Source: a bacterium (GTDB lineage Bacteria > Patescibacteriota > Minisyncoccia > Minisyncoccales > CG1-02-41-26). From it: DNA of 55,570 bases. The DNA lies in the NCBI GenBank assembly GCA_021162885.1, contig JAGGXV010000022.1, positions 1 through 55,570 on the forward strand, written 5' to 3'. The translations under genes were made by a program, and so were the position numbers. The notes under the pieces are model-generated. The model was given only the letters and a program-made list of their open reading frames with translations. It was not told where the DNA came from and searched no databases. Below are positions 16,022 through 24,276 of the stretch, piece after piece; position 1 is the stretch's first letter, and every line of letters starts with the position of its first letter.

Positions 16022-16840
16022 CTATTCTAAGATAACTTTTTCTGGGATAATTGGCTTGCCAAAGAATTTACTGCCTAAAATTTGAAACTTATCGGTTAAA
16101 TCTGTTGTTAAAAATTTAATTTTAGAAGTTTTAAGAAGTTCATTTTCTATTTCAGGATGTCTTTTTAAATAATCTTTTAATTTCTCAGCCACTACCCTCC
16201 CCTCTGTTATAAGATTTATATTCTTTCCGATAATTGCTCTAATTTTATCTTTTAACAGGCCATAGTGAGTACAGCCCAAAATTAAAGTGTCAATGTCTTG
16301 TTTGATCAAGGGATTAAGATAATTTTTCAGGGCGATATTCGCTATTTCAGAATTATGTTCTCCTGTTTCAACAATTGGCACCAACAAAGGACAGCTTTTT
16401 TGAAAAACACTTATATTCGGATTTAGTTTCTTGAACTCCCGTTCAAAAGCACGAGAGTTAACTGTTCCTTGGGTGGCAATAACGCCAATGCGATTATTTT
16501 TCGTTAAACTAATTGCAGCTTCAACCGTCGGGATTATAACACCTAAAACTTTTTTTTCTGGATAATATTTTGGTAAGTATTCCTGTTGGATTTTTCGCAA
16601 TGCCTCGCTTGAAGCAGTATTGCAAGCCAAAATTATCAACCGGCAATTTTGCTTAAACAAAAAATCAACTGCTTGGGCAGTAAATTTGTAAATCAATTCT
16701 TGAGAGCGGCTACCATAAGGCGCTCTGGCTGTATCTCCCAGATAAACATAGTTATATTCTGGCAAAACCTTGACTATCTCTTTTGTTATATCCAAACCGC
16801 CAAACCCAGAATCAAAAATACCAACACATTGATTGGTCAT
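16022..16840 (-). CDS. murI: glutamate racemase
   Basis: 272 aa. Motifs are GIFDSGFGGL, ILACNTASS and LGCTHYGLL. Confidence 0.93.
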   Translation of the reverse strand: MTNQCVGIFDSGFGGLDITKEIVKVLPEYNYVYLGDTARAPYGSRSQELIYKFTAQAVDFLFKQNCRLIILACNTASSEALRKIQQEYLPKYYPEKKVLGVIIPTVEAAISLTKNNRIGVIATQGTVNSRAFEREFKKLNPNISVFQKSCPLLVPIVETGEHNSEIANIALKNYLNPLIKQDIDTLILGCTHYGLLKDKIRAIIGKNINLITEGRVVAEKLKDYLKRHPEIENELLKTSKIKFLTTDLTDKFQILGSKFFGKPIIPEKVILE

Positions 16841-16922
16841 TTTTTGTCATAACTTAATTTTTTGAAAATCCTTGATATTTTCTTTTTTTTTCACGATTTT
16901 GAGGAATTTTAAAATAAGAAAA

Positions 16923-17987
16923 TCAGCCAAGCAATCTTATGGTTATTCCAATTATGGTAAAAACCATTCCCAAAAGCCAAAATCTCATGGTAATTTTTTC
17001 AGGAGGCCAACCCTTGGCTTCTAAGTGATGGTGAATTGGAGCGCAAAGAAATATTTTTTTGCCAAAAAATTTTTTTGAGAAAAGTTGCAACAAAACACTT
17101 CCCGCCTCAATTACCAAAAGTCCTCCGATAATTGGCAAGCACACGACAGAGTCGGTTAAGAAACTAACCACCGCCAAAGTTGAGGTCAAACCAATCATTC
17201 CTGTCTCTCCCATATAAAAACGGGCCGGAGGGATATTAAACCACAAAAAAGCCAAAATTGTTCCAGCCAGAACCGCACAAAACCCAGCTAAATTATATTG
17301 CATTCGAGAGAAGGCAATGATACTGAAAGCTCCGAACATCATGCTGAACGCTCCTCCTGCTAACCCGTCAATGCCGTCTATCACTCCTCCCGCCCAACAA
17401 GCCAAAACCACAACAACAAATAAAGGTAAATACCAAAAACCAAATTCCAAATCACCCAAACCGGGAATATGTAAAGTGTGCCAGCCAAGTTTAAAATAAA
17501 ACCACCAAGCCCCAACTACTCCTATCATTAAAACAATCAGTAATCTCCGAGTAAATCTTATGCCCCCGCCGCTATATTTTCCTTTGCCAAAAATTTGCAA
17601 AATATCATCTCCCAGTCCCAATAAAGAAGCAGCAACCAAAGTAGCCAAGGGCAGCCAGGTTTGATCTCTTGATAAAAAATTAAGTTTTTGGACCAAAGAA
17701 TTATCAGAGATTTTAGCCAAGGCGGAAAATAAAAAAGCGACTAAAACGCAAGTTATCCAAATTAAAAGGCCGCCCAAACGGGGCACCTTCACTTCTCTTT
17801 CTTTGTGGAGATTATAGAAAACCGGAGCCGGTTTGCCATCAATGGTTTTTTTTCTGGGTGCTTTCCTCCAGAGTTTGTATTTGTAAAGAAAATGAGTTAA
17901 AAGGGGCGTCCATAAAACAGCCAAAAAAGCAGAAGAAACACAGAGGACCAAAATTTTAATTACCTGGATTTTGAGCATAAAATTCAA
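16923..17987 (-). CDS. mraY: phospho-N-acetylmuramoyl-pentapeptide transferase
   Basis: 354 aa and polytopic. Motifs are GLGDDILQIFGKG, VIDGIDGLAGG and APIHHHLE. Confidence 0.93.
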   Translation of the reverse strand: MNFMLKIQVIKILVLCVSSAFLAVLWTPLLTHFLYKYKLWRKAPRKKTIDGKPAPVFYNLHKEREVKVPRLGGLLIWITCVLVAFLFSALAKISDNSLVQKLNFLSRDQTWLPLATLVAASLLGLGDDILQIFGKGKYSGGGIRFTRRLLIVLMIGVVGAWWFYFKLGWHTLHIPGLGDLEFGFWYLPLFVVVVLACWAGGVIDGIDGLAGGAFSMMFGAFSIIAFSRMQYNLAGFCAVLAGTILAFLWFNIPPARFYMGETGMIGLTSTLAVVSFLTDSVVCLPIIGGLLVIEAGSVLLQLFSKKFFGKKIFLCAPIHHHLEAKGWPPEKITMRFWLLGMVFTIIGITIRLLG

Positions 17988-18931
17988 TAAATAAACTTAA
18001 TTAATTTTCTCATCTCCCCAAATTTATCTGGCGAATTTAAAATAACATTTATTAAATAACTTCCTGGCTTTTTACCTTTTAAAATTTCCAACAGACATCC
18101 CCCCGCTCGCTCGGTATAACCGGTTTTTCCAGCAATTATTTCTGGAATTTCTCTTAGTAATTTATTGGTGTTTTCCAAAGTATGATGAAAAACTCCATTT
18201 TCCAAATAAAGAGGATACTCTTTTTTAGAAAGAATATCTAAAATTTCCGGGTGTTTTGTCAATAAATATTTAGTTAATTTTACTAAATCTTTTGCTGTTG
18301 AATAATTTATCGGTTGAGCGGTCTCTGTAGGGTCCAAACCAGTTGGGTTGAAAAACCAGGTATTTTCCAGTCCTATATCTTTTGCTTTAAGATTCATCAA
18401 ATCTCGGAATCCTTCAGGTCCAATTATTTCACTCAAAGCAAAAGCAGCATCGTTGCTTGATTCAATTAGCATAATATAAAGAAGGTCTTTAACTCGCAAA
18501 ATTTCCCCAACTTTTAAATTTCCATTTTCCTCCGCTTGACCAACAGCAGTTTTTGAAATTTGAATTCGGAGAGAAGGTTGATAGAATTCCAAAGCAACGA
18601 TTGCTGTCATAAGTTTGCTAATACTGGCTATTGGCATTTTCTGATTTTCTGCTCGACTAAAAAGAACCCTTTCTCTTCCTTGTTTGTCTATCTCAACAGA
18701 TATTACGCTTTCTGCTTCAATTTGAAAATTTCCAGTTTTTTTCTCTTCTCTCTCTTTAATTTTTGAAATATAATTTTGATAAATCTTGGCAGTAAACAAG
18801 GAAGGTGGATTTTTTTCAATTTGAATTGAATAAAAATAATTTTCCAGATTCTCTTGCAAAACATTCACTCCCCACCAAAAAGGAAGGCTCAGCAAAAAAA
18901 CAATTAAGAAAAATTTGATGTTTTTGCTCAT
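17984..18931 (-). CDS. D-alanyl-D-alanine carboxypeptidase (S11 penicillin-binding protein)
   Basis: 315 aa with a signal/anchor. It has SISKLMT (SxxK), ESSND (SxN) and KTGYT (KTG). Confidence 0.85.
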   Translation of the reverse strand: MSKNIKFFLIVFLLSLPFWWGVNVLQENLENYFYSIQIEKNPPSLFTAKIYQNYISKIKEREEKKTGNFQIEAESVISVEIDKQGRERVLFSRAENQKMPIASISKLMTAIVALEFYQPSLRIQISKTAVGQAEENGNLKVGEILRVKDLLYIMLIESSNDAAFALSEIIGPEGFRDLMNLKAKDIGLENTWFFNPTGLDPTETAQPINYSTAKDLVKLTKYLLTKHPEILDILSKKEYPLYLENGVFHHTLENTNKLLREIPEIIAGKTGYTERAGGCLLEILKGKKPGSYLINVILNSPDKFGEMRKLIKFIY

Positions 18932-18950
18932 TCTTTCGTATTGTTAAATA

Positions 18951-20348
18951 TTATTTTGATTTGATTATTTTAATGCCCAATTCCTTTAACTGTTTCTCGT
19001 CAACCTCAGAAGGAATGTTCATCATTAAATCTCGGTTGTCACCTGTTTTGGGAAAAGCAATGACTTCCCGAATATTAGGCTCTGGCAACAAAATAGCTAA
19101 AAATCTTTCGATTCCTAGGGCTATTCCACCGTGAGGAGGAACTCCATATGAAAATGCTTCAAAGTAATGAGGAAACTGTTTTTTGACTTTCTCTGGTTTA
19201 TGTCCCAAAACCTCAAAAACCGCCAACAAGATATCCAAATTGGTAGTTCTGATACTTCCTCCTCCAATTTCAAAGCCATTTAAAACAAGGTCATATTGGA
19301 AGGCCAAAATTTTTTTAGGGCAAGTTTTGATTTCTTTAATATCCTCTGTTTGAGGTTTGGTAAATGGATGATGCTGAGCCCCCCATTTTTTTTCTTTTTC
19401 GTGCCACTCAAACATTGGAAAATCTATTACAAAACAAAAAGCCAACTCATTTTGGTCTTTTTTGTTTCTGCGAACATCGGGCTTATCAGATTTGTATTTT
19501 TTTATTGCTTCAGCCCAACTAATTCGAGGAAATGGGGTTTTCTGAATTTTCTTTTCCGGAAATATTTTTTTTACCAAAGAAACATACAATTTTTCCACCA
19601 AATCTAAAATTTCTTCTTGGGTGACAAAACTCATCTCAATATCCAACTGGGTATGTTCTGCCTGTCGGTCAGCCCTTGGGTCTTCGTCCCTTAGACACTT
19701 TGCAATTTGGAAATATCTTTCAATGCCTGCAACTTGTAAAAGCTGTTTATATTGCTGGGGGCTTTGAGGAAGAGCATAGAACTTTCCTTGATAAATACGG
19801 GAGGGAACCAGAAAATCCCTTGCCCCTTCGGGAGTAGCTTTGGTTAGAATCGGAGTTTCAACTTCTAAAAAACCTTTTTTTTGCAAAAAATTCCTCATAA
19901 ACTGGATAACTTTTTGGCGTATCTCTAAGTTTCTTTGGAGCCTCGGTCTTCTCAAATCTAAATAGCGATATTTTAATCTTTTTTCTTCTTTGATTTCATA
20001 ACCGTCATTTTCAATTGAAAAGGGCAAGGTTTTTGCTTGAGAAAAAACTTTAAGTTGAGAACCCTTCACTTCTATGTTTCCTGTTTCAATTTTGGGATTT
20101 TCCATTCCTTTGGGTCTTTTTCCAACTTCTCCTATTACTTCAATCACCCACTCTGGCCGTAATTTTTGGGCCAATTCGTAAATTTTTGATTTTAGGTCTG
20201 GGGTAAACACTATTTGCACCATTCCCGACCTGTCTCTTAAATCAATAAAGATAATCTTTCCATGGTCCCTTCTTGAATTGACCCAACCACAAACTCGAAC
20301 TACTTTACCAATTTGCTCAGTTGTTTCTTTAACTAAAACTCTTTTCAT
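18951..20348 (-). CDS. aspS: aspartyl-tRNA synthetase, bacterial-type core lacking the GAD insertion domain
   Basis: 465 aa. It has FYALPQSPQQYKQLLQVAGIERYFQIAKCLRDEDPRADRQAEHTQLDIEMSF (motif 2). SDKPDVRR runs almost directly into VIDFPMFEW. Motif 3 is GGIALGIERF. Confidence 0.92.
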   Translation of the reverse strand: MKRVLVKETTEQIGKVVRVCGWVNSRRDHGKIIFIDLRDRSGMVQIVFTPDLKSKIYELAQKLRPEWVIEVIGEVGKRPKGMENPKIETGNIEVKGSQLKVFSQAKTLPFSIENDGYEIKEEKRLKYRYLDLRRPRLQRNLEIRQKVIQFMRNFLQKKGFLEVETPILTKATPEGARDFLVPSRIYQGKFYALPQSPQQYKQLLQVAGIERYFQIAKCLRDEDPRADRQAEHTQLDIEMSFVTQEEILDLVEKLYVSLVKKIFPEKKIQKTPFPRISWAEAIKKYKSDKPDVRRNKKDQNELAFCFVIDFPMFEWHEKEKKWGAQHHPFTKPQTEDIKEIKTCPKKILAFQYDLVLNGFEIGGGSIRTTNLDILLAVFEVLGHKPEKVKKQFPHYFEAFSYGVPPHGGIALGIERFLAILLPEPNIREVIAFPKTGDNRDLMMNIPSEVDEKQLKELGIKIIKSK

Positions 20349-21550
20349 TTTTTTACTTTTATTTTAATAAATTTTCTTTTGCCAACCTGCACTATCATAT
20401 TATTTCTAATTTTAATTTTTTCTTGCCAATCGGTTTTTAATTTGCCATCAATTTTAACACCCTTTTCCAAAACCAATCTTTTAGCTTGACTCTTGGAAGA
20501 AGCCAAACCCGTTTGAAAAATCAAATCCAAAATATTGAGAATTTTCTTTGAAGTTCTAAAAACTGGAATTTTTGAAGGTAATTTTTTCTTTCGAAAAACT
20601 TTCTCAAACTCTCTTTCTGCTTTTTGAGCCGCTCTTTCCCCATGATACAATTTTACAATTTCTTTTGCCAATGTTGCTTTGGCGTCTCTGGGATTTAATT
20701 TCTTTTGTTTCAGACTTCTTTTTATTTTATCTACTTCCTTTAAAGGAATTTTAGTGCACAATTCGAAATATTCTCCAATTAGTTCATCTTTCATTGACAT
20801 AATTTTTCCATACATTTCATTTGGTTCGTCCACAATATTTATCACATTACCCCAGCTCGTTGACATTTTTCTACCATCTAATCCATGTATCATTTTTAGA
20901 GTCATAATATCTTGAGGTTTTTGATTAAACATTTTTTGAATATCTCTCCCCACTTTTAAATTAAAAAGCTGGTCAAATCCTCCAATTTCAACATCTGCTT
21001 GGACTTGGACCGAATCATATCCCTGTAAAATGGGATAAAATAATTCGTGTATTCCGATTGGTTTGCCGCCCTCCCATCTTTGTTTAAAATTTCTTCTCTG
21101 TATCATTTGTTGAGCGGTGAATTTCATACAGAGCCCGAGAATATCTTTAAGTTTTAATCGCTCCAACCACTCTGAATTCCGATGTATCTCTACTTTCTTT
21201 AGGTCTAAAATTTTCCCAATCTGCTTTCTATAAGTTTTTAGATTTTCTTGGATTTCTTTTTTGGTTAAAGGTTTTCTCATCGAAGTTTTGTCTGAAGCAT
21301 CTCCAATTTGAGCAGTAAAATCACCAATAATTAAGACAATCTTATGGCCTAATTCTTGAAATGCTTTAAGTTTCCAAAGTTGGCTTGCTCTTCCAATATG
21401 AATTTTAGGTCCGGTTGGGTCAATTCCATGTTTAATCCTCAATCTTTTCCCAGATTTTAATTTTTTCAGCAAATTTTCTTTTTCAATAATTTCCTCAACT
21501 CCTCTTTCCAACAACTCTTTTATTTTTTGGAGGCTGCTATTTATTTTCAT
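20345..21550 (-). CDS. tyrS: tyrosyl-tRNA synthetase
   Basis: 401 aa. It has GIDPTGPKIHIGRA (HIGH-like), KMSTSWGN (KMSKS) and a C-terminal S4 domain AKRLVLEKGVKIDG. Confidence 0.92.
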   Translation of the reverse strand: MKINSSLQKIKELLERGVEEIIEKENLLKKLKSGKRLRIKHGIDPTGPKIHIGRASQLWKLKAFQELGHKIVLIIGDFTAQIGDASDKTSMRKPLTKKEIQENLKTYRKQIGKILDLKKVEIHRNSEWLERLKLKDILGLCMKFTAQQMIQRRNFKQRWEGGKPIGIHELFYPILQGYDSVQVQADVEIGGFDQLFNLKVGRDIQKMFNQKPQDIMTLKMIHGLDGRKMSTSWGNVINIVDEPNEMYGKIMSMKDELIGEYFELCTKIPLKEVDKIKRSLKQKKLNPRDAKATLAKEIVKLYHGERAAQKAEREFEKVFRKKKLPSKIPVFRTSKKILNILDLIFQTGLASSKSQAKRLVLEKGVKIDGKLKTDWQEKIKIRNNMIVQVGKRKFIKIKVKK

Positions 21551-21596
21551 AGATATCCTCTCTTTTAGTTAATTTTACTCAAACTTATTAAAAAAG

Positions 21597-21631
21597 CAAT
21601 CACCCCCCGCCAAAGCATTGGTGAGGGGTGA
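21597..21631 (-). terminator. candidate terminator after the small membrane ORF
   Basis: On the minus strand, TCACCCC ... GGGGTGA is followed by TTGCTTTTTTAA. Confidence 0.5.
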
Positions 21632-21662
21632 GGATTAAATCAACCAGAAATTAAATTCTAAA

Positions 21663-21821
21663 TTAAACTCTGGGAGGACTTTCTTGTTTTTCTTCTTCCG
21701 AAACTGAAGGCGTTGATGCACTTTCTCCACCTTCTTTCTTCTTCGATTTTAAATACCAAGCCACAAACCCAATTACAGCCACAACCAGAATTGCCCAAAA
21801 TAACCAATAAAGAGTTCCCAT
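21663..21821 (-). CDS. possible 52-aa single-pass membrane protein
   Basis: Hand-translated as MGTLYWLFWAILVVAVIGFVAWYLKSKKKEGGESASTPSVSEEEKQESPPRV*. It has one clear TM segment and a charged tail, and a terminator follows. Confidence 0.4.
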   Translation of the reverse strand: MGTLYWLFWAILVVAVIGFVAWYLKSKKKEGGESASTPSVSEEEKQESPPRV

Positions 21822-21910
21822 AGGCGATAAATATATTAATTAATCTGAAATGAGACCTTTAATATATTTTATACCCCTACTTTCCATTGTCAAATTTCAT
21901 CTGTGGATAA

Positions 21911-23281
21911 CTATTTAAACTCTTTAATTATCTCATAGATGTTCCCCGCGCCCATGACAATAACTATTTCCCCGCCTTTCAAACTCTTTTTTAAGTAGTT
22001 TACTATCTCCGTTTTTGGCAAATAATGAGTATAACTTTTGCCAATTGCTTCAACTAATTTTTTTGAGTCCACCTTTTTTTTAAGGTTTTTTACTTCTCTT
22101 CCCGCAACATCATAAATATCAGTGATAATCAATTTGTCGATGGGAGCTTTTCTAAAAACTTTGACAAAATCTCGGAACAAATAAAATGTCCTTTGATATT
22201 GATGGGGCTGAAAAATGCACCAGATTTCTTTTTGAAGATATTTTTCCCGAGCCGTTTTAAGAGTTGCGGCAATCTCAGTTGGGTGATGAGCATAATCGCT
22301 GATAATTTTCAATTTACAATTTTCAATTTTCAAATCTTTTTCTTCAAATCTTCGCCAGGCACCCTTGTATTCCGATAAAACCTTAAAAGAAATTTTGTCA
22401 GGAATTTTTAAAACCCGAGCACAAGTTAAAGCGGCCAAAGCATTTAAAACATTATGCTCCCCCGGCACTTTAAGCATTTGCCTAAGTTTTTGTTTTTCTT
22501 TAATTTTATTTTTTTGAAAATTGAAAATTGAAAATTGAAAATTGAAAATTATCTTTTGGATATTCCTATCTTTCCCATTTGCTATTAATACTCCATCCCT
22601 TGGCAAATGCCCAATAAATTCTCTATAAGTCCGGAGGATATGAGCCATATTTTTGTAATAATCAAGATGCTCCCTTTCAATATTGGTCAAAATAATAATT
22701 TTTGGGAAATAATTTAAAAAAGAGGCCTGCCACTCATCGGCCTCAATTACTAAAATCGCACAACCCCGCGGAACAACGCGCGAAAACCCACGGAAGGTAG
22801 GTTTTCCCATTCTAAAATTGCTATTTCCGAACTCTCTTAATTTCGTCCCTAAAATTACAGTTGGGTCCAACCCGGCTTTAATTAGAATTAAGCTGAGTAT
22901 TGCTGTCACTGTGCTTTTGCCATGAGTTCCTGCCACCGCAATGGTAAAATATTGTTTTGTTAGTTTTCCCAAAGCTTGAGGATAAGATAGACACTTGATA
23001 CCTAAGTTTTTGGCCAGTTTTAATTCTGGGTGATTTTTAGGGACTGCTGGTGAATAAATGATCAGGTCAGATTGTTTAATAAATTTTTGAATTTTAATTT
23101 GTAATTTTGATTTTTGATATTTGATATTTGATATTATTATCTTTGCTCCTTTTTTCTTCAAAAAATCGGTAATTTCGCTCTTTGTCAAATCAGAGCCACT
23201 AACTTGGTGTCCCTTAGCCAAATAATACTGAGCCAAAGCCGAAACCCCGATTCCTCCAATACCAATAAAATGAATTTTCAT
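21911..23281 (-). CDS. murC: UDP-N-acetylmuramate--L-alanine ligase
   Basis: 456 aa. Motifs are HFIGIGGIGVSALA, AGTHGKSTV, GEHNVLNALAA and DYAHHPTEI. Confidence 0.92.
   Translation of the reverse strand: MKIHFIGIGGIGVSALAQYYLAKGHQVSGSDLTKSEITDFLKKKGAKIIISNIKYQKSKLQIKIQKFIKQSDLIIYSPAVPKNHPELKLAKNLGIKCLSYPQALGKLTKQYFTIAVAGTHGKSTVTAILSLILIKAGLDPTVILGTKLREFGNSNFRMGKPTFRGFSRVVPRGCAILVIEADEWQASFLNYFPKIIILTNIEREHLDYYKNMAHILRTYREFIGHLPRDGVLIANGKDRNIQKIIFNFQFSIFNFQKNKIKEKQKLRQMLKVPGEHNVLNALAALTCARVLKIPDKISFKVLSEYKGAWRRFEEKDLKIENCKLKIISDYAHHPTEIAATLKTAREKYLQKEIWCIFQPHQYQRTFYLFRDFVKVFRKAPIDKLIITDIYDVAGREVKNLKKKVDSKKLVEAIGKSYTHYLPKTEIVNYLKKSLKGGEIVIVMGAGNIYEIIKEFK
22304..22331. repeat. AATTTTC-type heptamer block inside murC
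   Basis: aattttc aatttac aattttc aattttc. It encodes KIENCKLKI in murC. Confidence 0.9.
22516..22550. repeat. (GAAAATT)x5 heptamer array inside murC, inverted relative to 22304-22331
   Basis: Five perfect gaaaatt units. They encode IIFNFQFSIFNFQ in murC. Confidence 0.95.
23113..23133. repeat. (TTTGATA)x3 heptamer array inside murC
   Basis: Three perfect tttgata units. They sit in the N-terminal domain coding region (SNIKYQKSK). Confidence 0.9.
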
Positions 23282-23409
23282 AATTTTAGGTATTCAATAA
23301 GGTAAAAATAACTTTTTCTTAAAGTTTCATTCTCAATTTAAATCATAAGCTAATTTTCTCAAAAATAAAAGGGCTAAGTTGACTAATTCAAATAAACCCT
23401 GTATTCTAT

Positions 23410-24276
23410 ATGAACAAAAGGCTATTTCGATTGAGAACAAATATGAGGAACAAAATAACTACTTTTAGAAAGATTGCTAAGTCATTAAACTCACATTGTG
23501 CTACTTTAATAGGAAGTTCTTTTGATCCATTTGGCTCCTATTATTTTCGGCTTTTGAATTGGGCCTCTCAACAATCCAGACCATTGGTAGCAATAGTCCA
23601 TCCTGATGAAATGATTAGTATTCGAAGAAGTTTTGTTCTACCCTCAGAAAATCAATATAAACGGGTAAAAAATATTGCAAAATTAAATTTTGTAGATTAT
23701 GTCATTCTATCGCGGAAATTAGCTCACGATCCATGGTGTCTAAAAGCGTTAAGACCAAAATTTGTAATATTTCAGCATGATAATCCAGTCTATCATAAGA
23801 AACTTTTTTCTGTTTTGTCGCAATACTTTCCACAGGTTCATTTTAAGGTTGCACCTTTTAAACAAGAGAGAAATTTTCAATCCCAAGCTGTTTCCTTATC
23901 ATCAGCGAGAAATATATTTAAAGATTATCGGAATAAAATTTGTAAAAGATTAATATTGCTGGCCAAAAAAAGTGAAGCCCAAATCGGCAAAATATCTGCC
24001 ATCTTAACTTATGAAGACAAAATTGTAGCTGAGGCTTATAATTCAGACAAAGGAGAACATGCCGAGATTTTACTTTTAAGCCAGAATCGATTAAATAAAA
24101 CCCTCGACAAATATTCACTTTATGTACTTATTCCACCTTGTATAATGTGCGCGGAAGCCATTTTCCGTTCCAATATAAAAAAAGTATATTATCTATATAA
24201 CTATGGCGATAACCTAGGAATTAAATACCTGAAAAGTAAAGGTGTATCTATCAAAAAATATATTGGAAAGAGATGA
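23410..24276 (+). CDS. two-domain protein: degenerate cytidylyltransferase-like N-domain fused to a CMP/dCMP-type zinc deaminase
   Basis: 288 aa. The N-terminal half follows the cytidylyltransferase pattern (G..FD....L..A....PLVAIV..D...........P....R......L..VDYV), but HxGH is replaced by GSYY. The C-terminal half has the deaminase zinc ligands HAE and PPCIMCAEAI. Confidence 0.75.
   Translation: MNKRLFRLRTNMRNKITTFRKIAKSLNSHCATLIGSSFDPFGSYYFRLLNWASQQSRPLVAIVHPDEMISIRRSFVLPSENQYKRVKNIAKLNFVDYVILSRKLAHDPWCLKALRPKFVIFQHDNPVYHKKLFSVLSQYFPQVHFKVAPFKQERNFQSQAVSLSSARNIFKDYRNKICKRLILLAKKSEAQIGKISAILTYEDKIVAEAYNSDKGEHAEILLLSQNRLNKTLDKYSLYVLIPPCIMCAEAIFRSNIKKVYYLYNYGDNLGIKYLKSKGVSIKKYIGKR

Noticed and set aside
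22516-22550. The short perfect repeat arrays (GAAAATT x5 here, AATTTTC x4 at 43454-43488) could be mistaken for a CRISPR array.
   Set aside because: The units are 7 nt and contiguous, with no spacers. No cas genes are present, and several arrays lie inside coding sequence.
23379-23407. TTGACT-17-TATTCT promoter-like sequence upstream of the deaminase fusion gene.
   Set aside because: The -10 ends 2 nt before the annotated ATG, so it would only make sense with a downstream start (M12). This is too ambiguous to call.
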